From assembly GCA_945859975.1 (NCBI GenBank), contig CAMAPH010000041.1, forward strand, positions 1 through 24,775: a stretch of DNA of 24,775 nt. Direction: 5' to 3'. This document shows positions 24,673-24,775 of the stretch, piece after piece. The notes under the pieces are model-generated. The model saw only the letters and a program-made list of their open reading frames with translations. It searched no databases and had not been told where the DNA came from. The stretch's first letter is position 1; every line of letters starts with the position of its first letter. The position numbers and the translations under genes are program-made. Source of the DNA: Chthonomonas calidirosea. Lineage in GTDB: Bacteria; Armatimonadota; Fimbriimonadia; Fimbriimonadales; Fimbriimonadaceae.

Positions 24673-24775
24673 CAGGAGGCTCTACGAGCCCGGCGTCGAC
24701 TTGGTATCTCTTCCGCGCCATCAACTTCAGCAAAAATCATCTTTCCACGCTCGGTCTGGATGACCTGGGTGACCA
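24672..24775 (-). CDS. 3' end of a PIN/TRAM-domain protein (YacL-like), truncated by the window edge
   Basis: Manual translation of the - strand from 24773 gives VTQVIQTERGKMIFAEVDGAEEIPSRRRARRAS*, matching the YacL TRAM C-terminus (VT.V.QT..G[RK]MIFA). TGATG overlap with the ispDF start. The yacL-ispD adjacency is a known synteny. Confidence 0.8.
   Translation of the reverse strand, partial: VTQVIQTERGKMIFAEVDGAEEIPSRRRARRAS

Overview
This is a gene-dense, GC-rich bacterial chromosomal segment made up mostly of housekeeping genes. My impression from the protein sequences is Armatimonadota/Fimbriimonas-like, but that is unverified. On the + strand from the left are a large NHL-repeat lipoprotein, icd, a GNAT acetyltransferase, a PhyH-like dioxygenase, a SnoaL/NTF2 protein, osmC, two tandem membrane-anchored hypotheticals, tpiA, a GH16 glucanase, an acyl-CoA thioesterase and another hypothetical. 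These are followed by a split F-type ATP synthase operon on the - strand (atpZ-like, atpI, B, E, F, H, A, G, with no atpD/atpC). The remainder holds recG, a P-loop protein and a rhodanese (+), a glutathione peroxidase and an M20 dipeptidase (-), galK, a LuxR-HTH protein and comF (+), and a fused ispDF plus the 3' end of a YacL-like PIN/TRAM gene (-). I see no mobile elements, CRISPR arrays, tRNAs or rRNAs, and no clearly new multi-gene system. The strongest window-wide signal is a TAnnnT (-10 box) hexamer 5-8 nt before the start codon of about ten genes, mostly without a Shine-Dalgarno, which suggests pervasive leaderless transcription that includes the atp operon. Other points of interest are a diverged tandem paralog pair, atypical Fo subunits (a, b, c), hairpins after atpE and atpA, a probable CTG-initiated comF coupled to a solo LuxR-HTH gene, and lineage-type insertions in TpiA and Icd.
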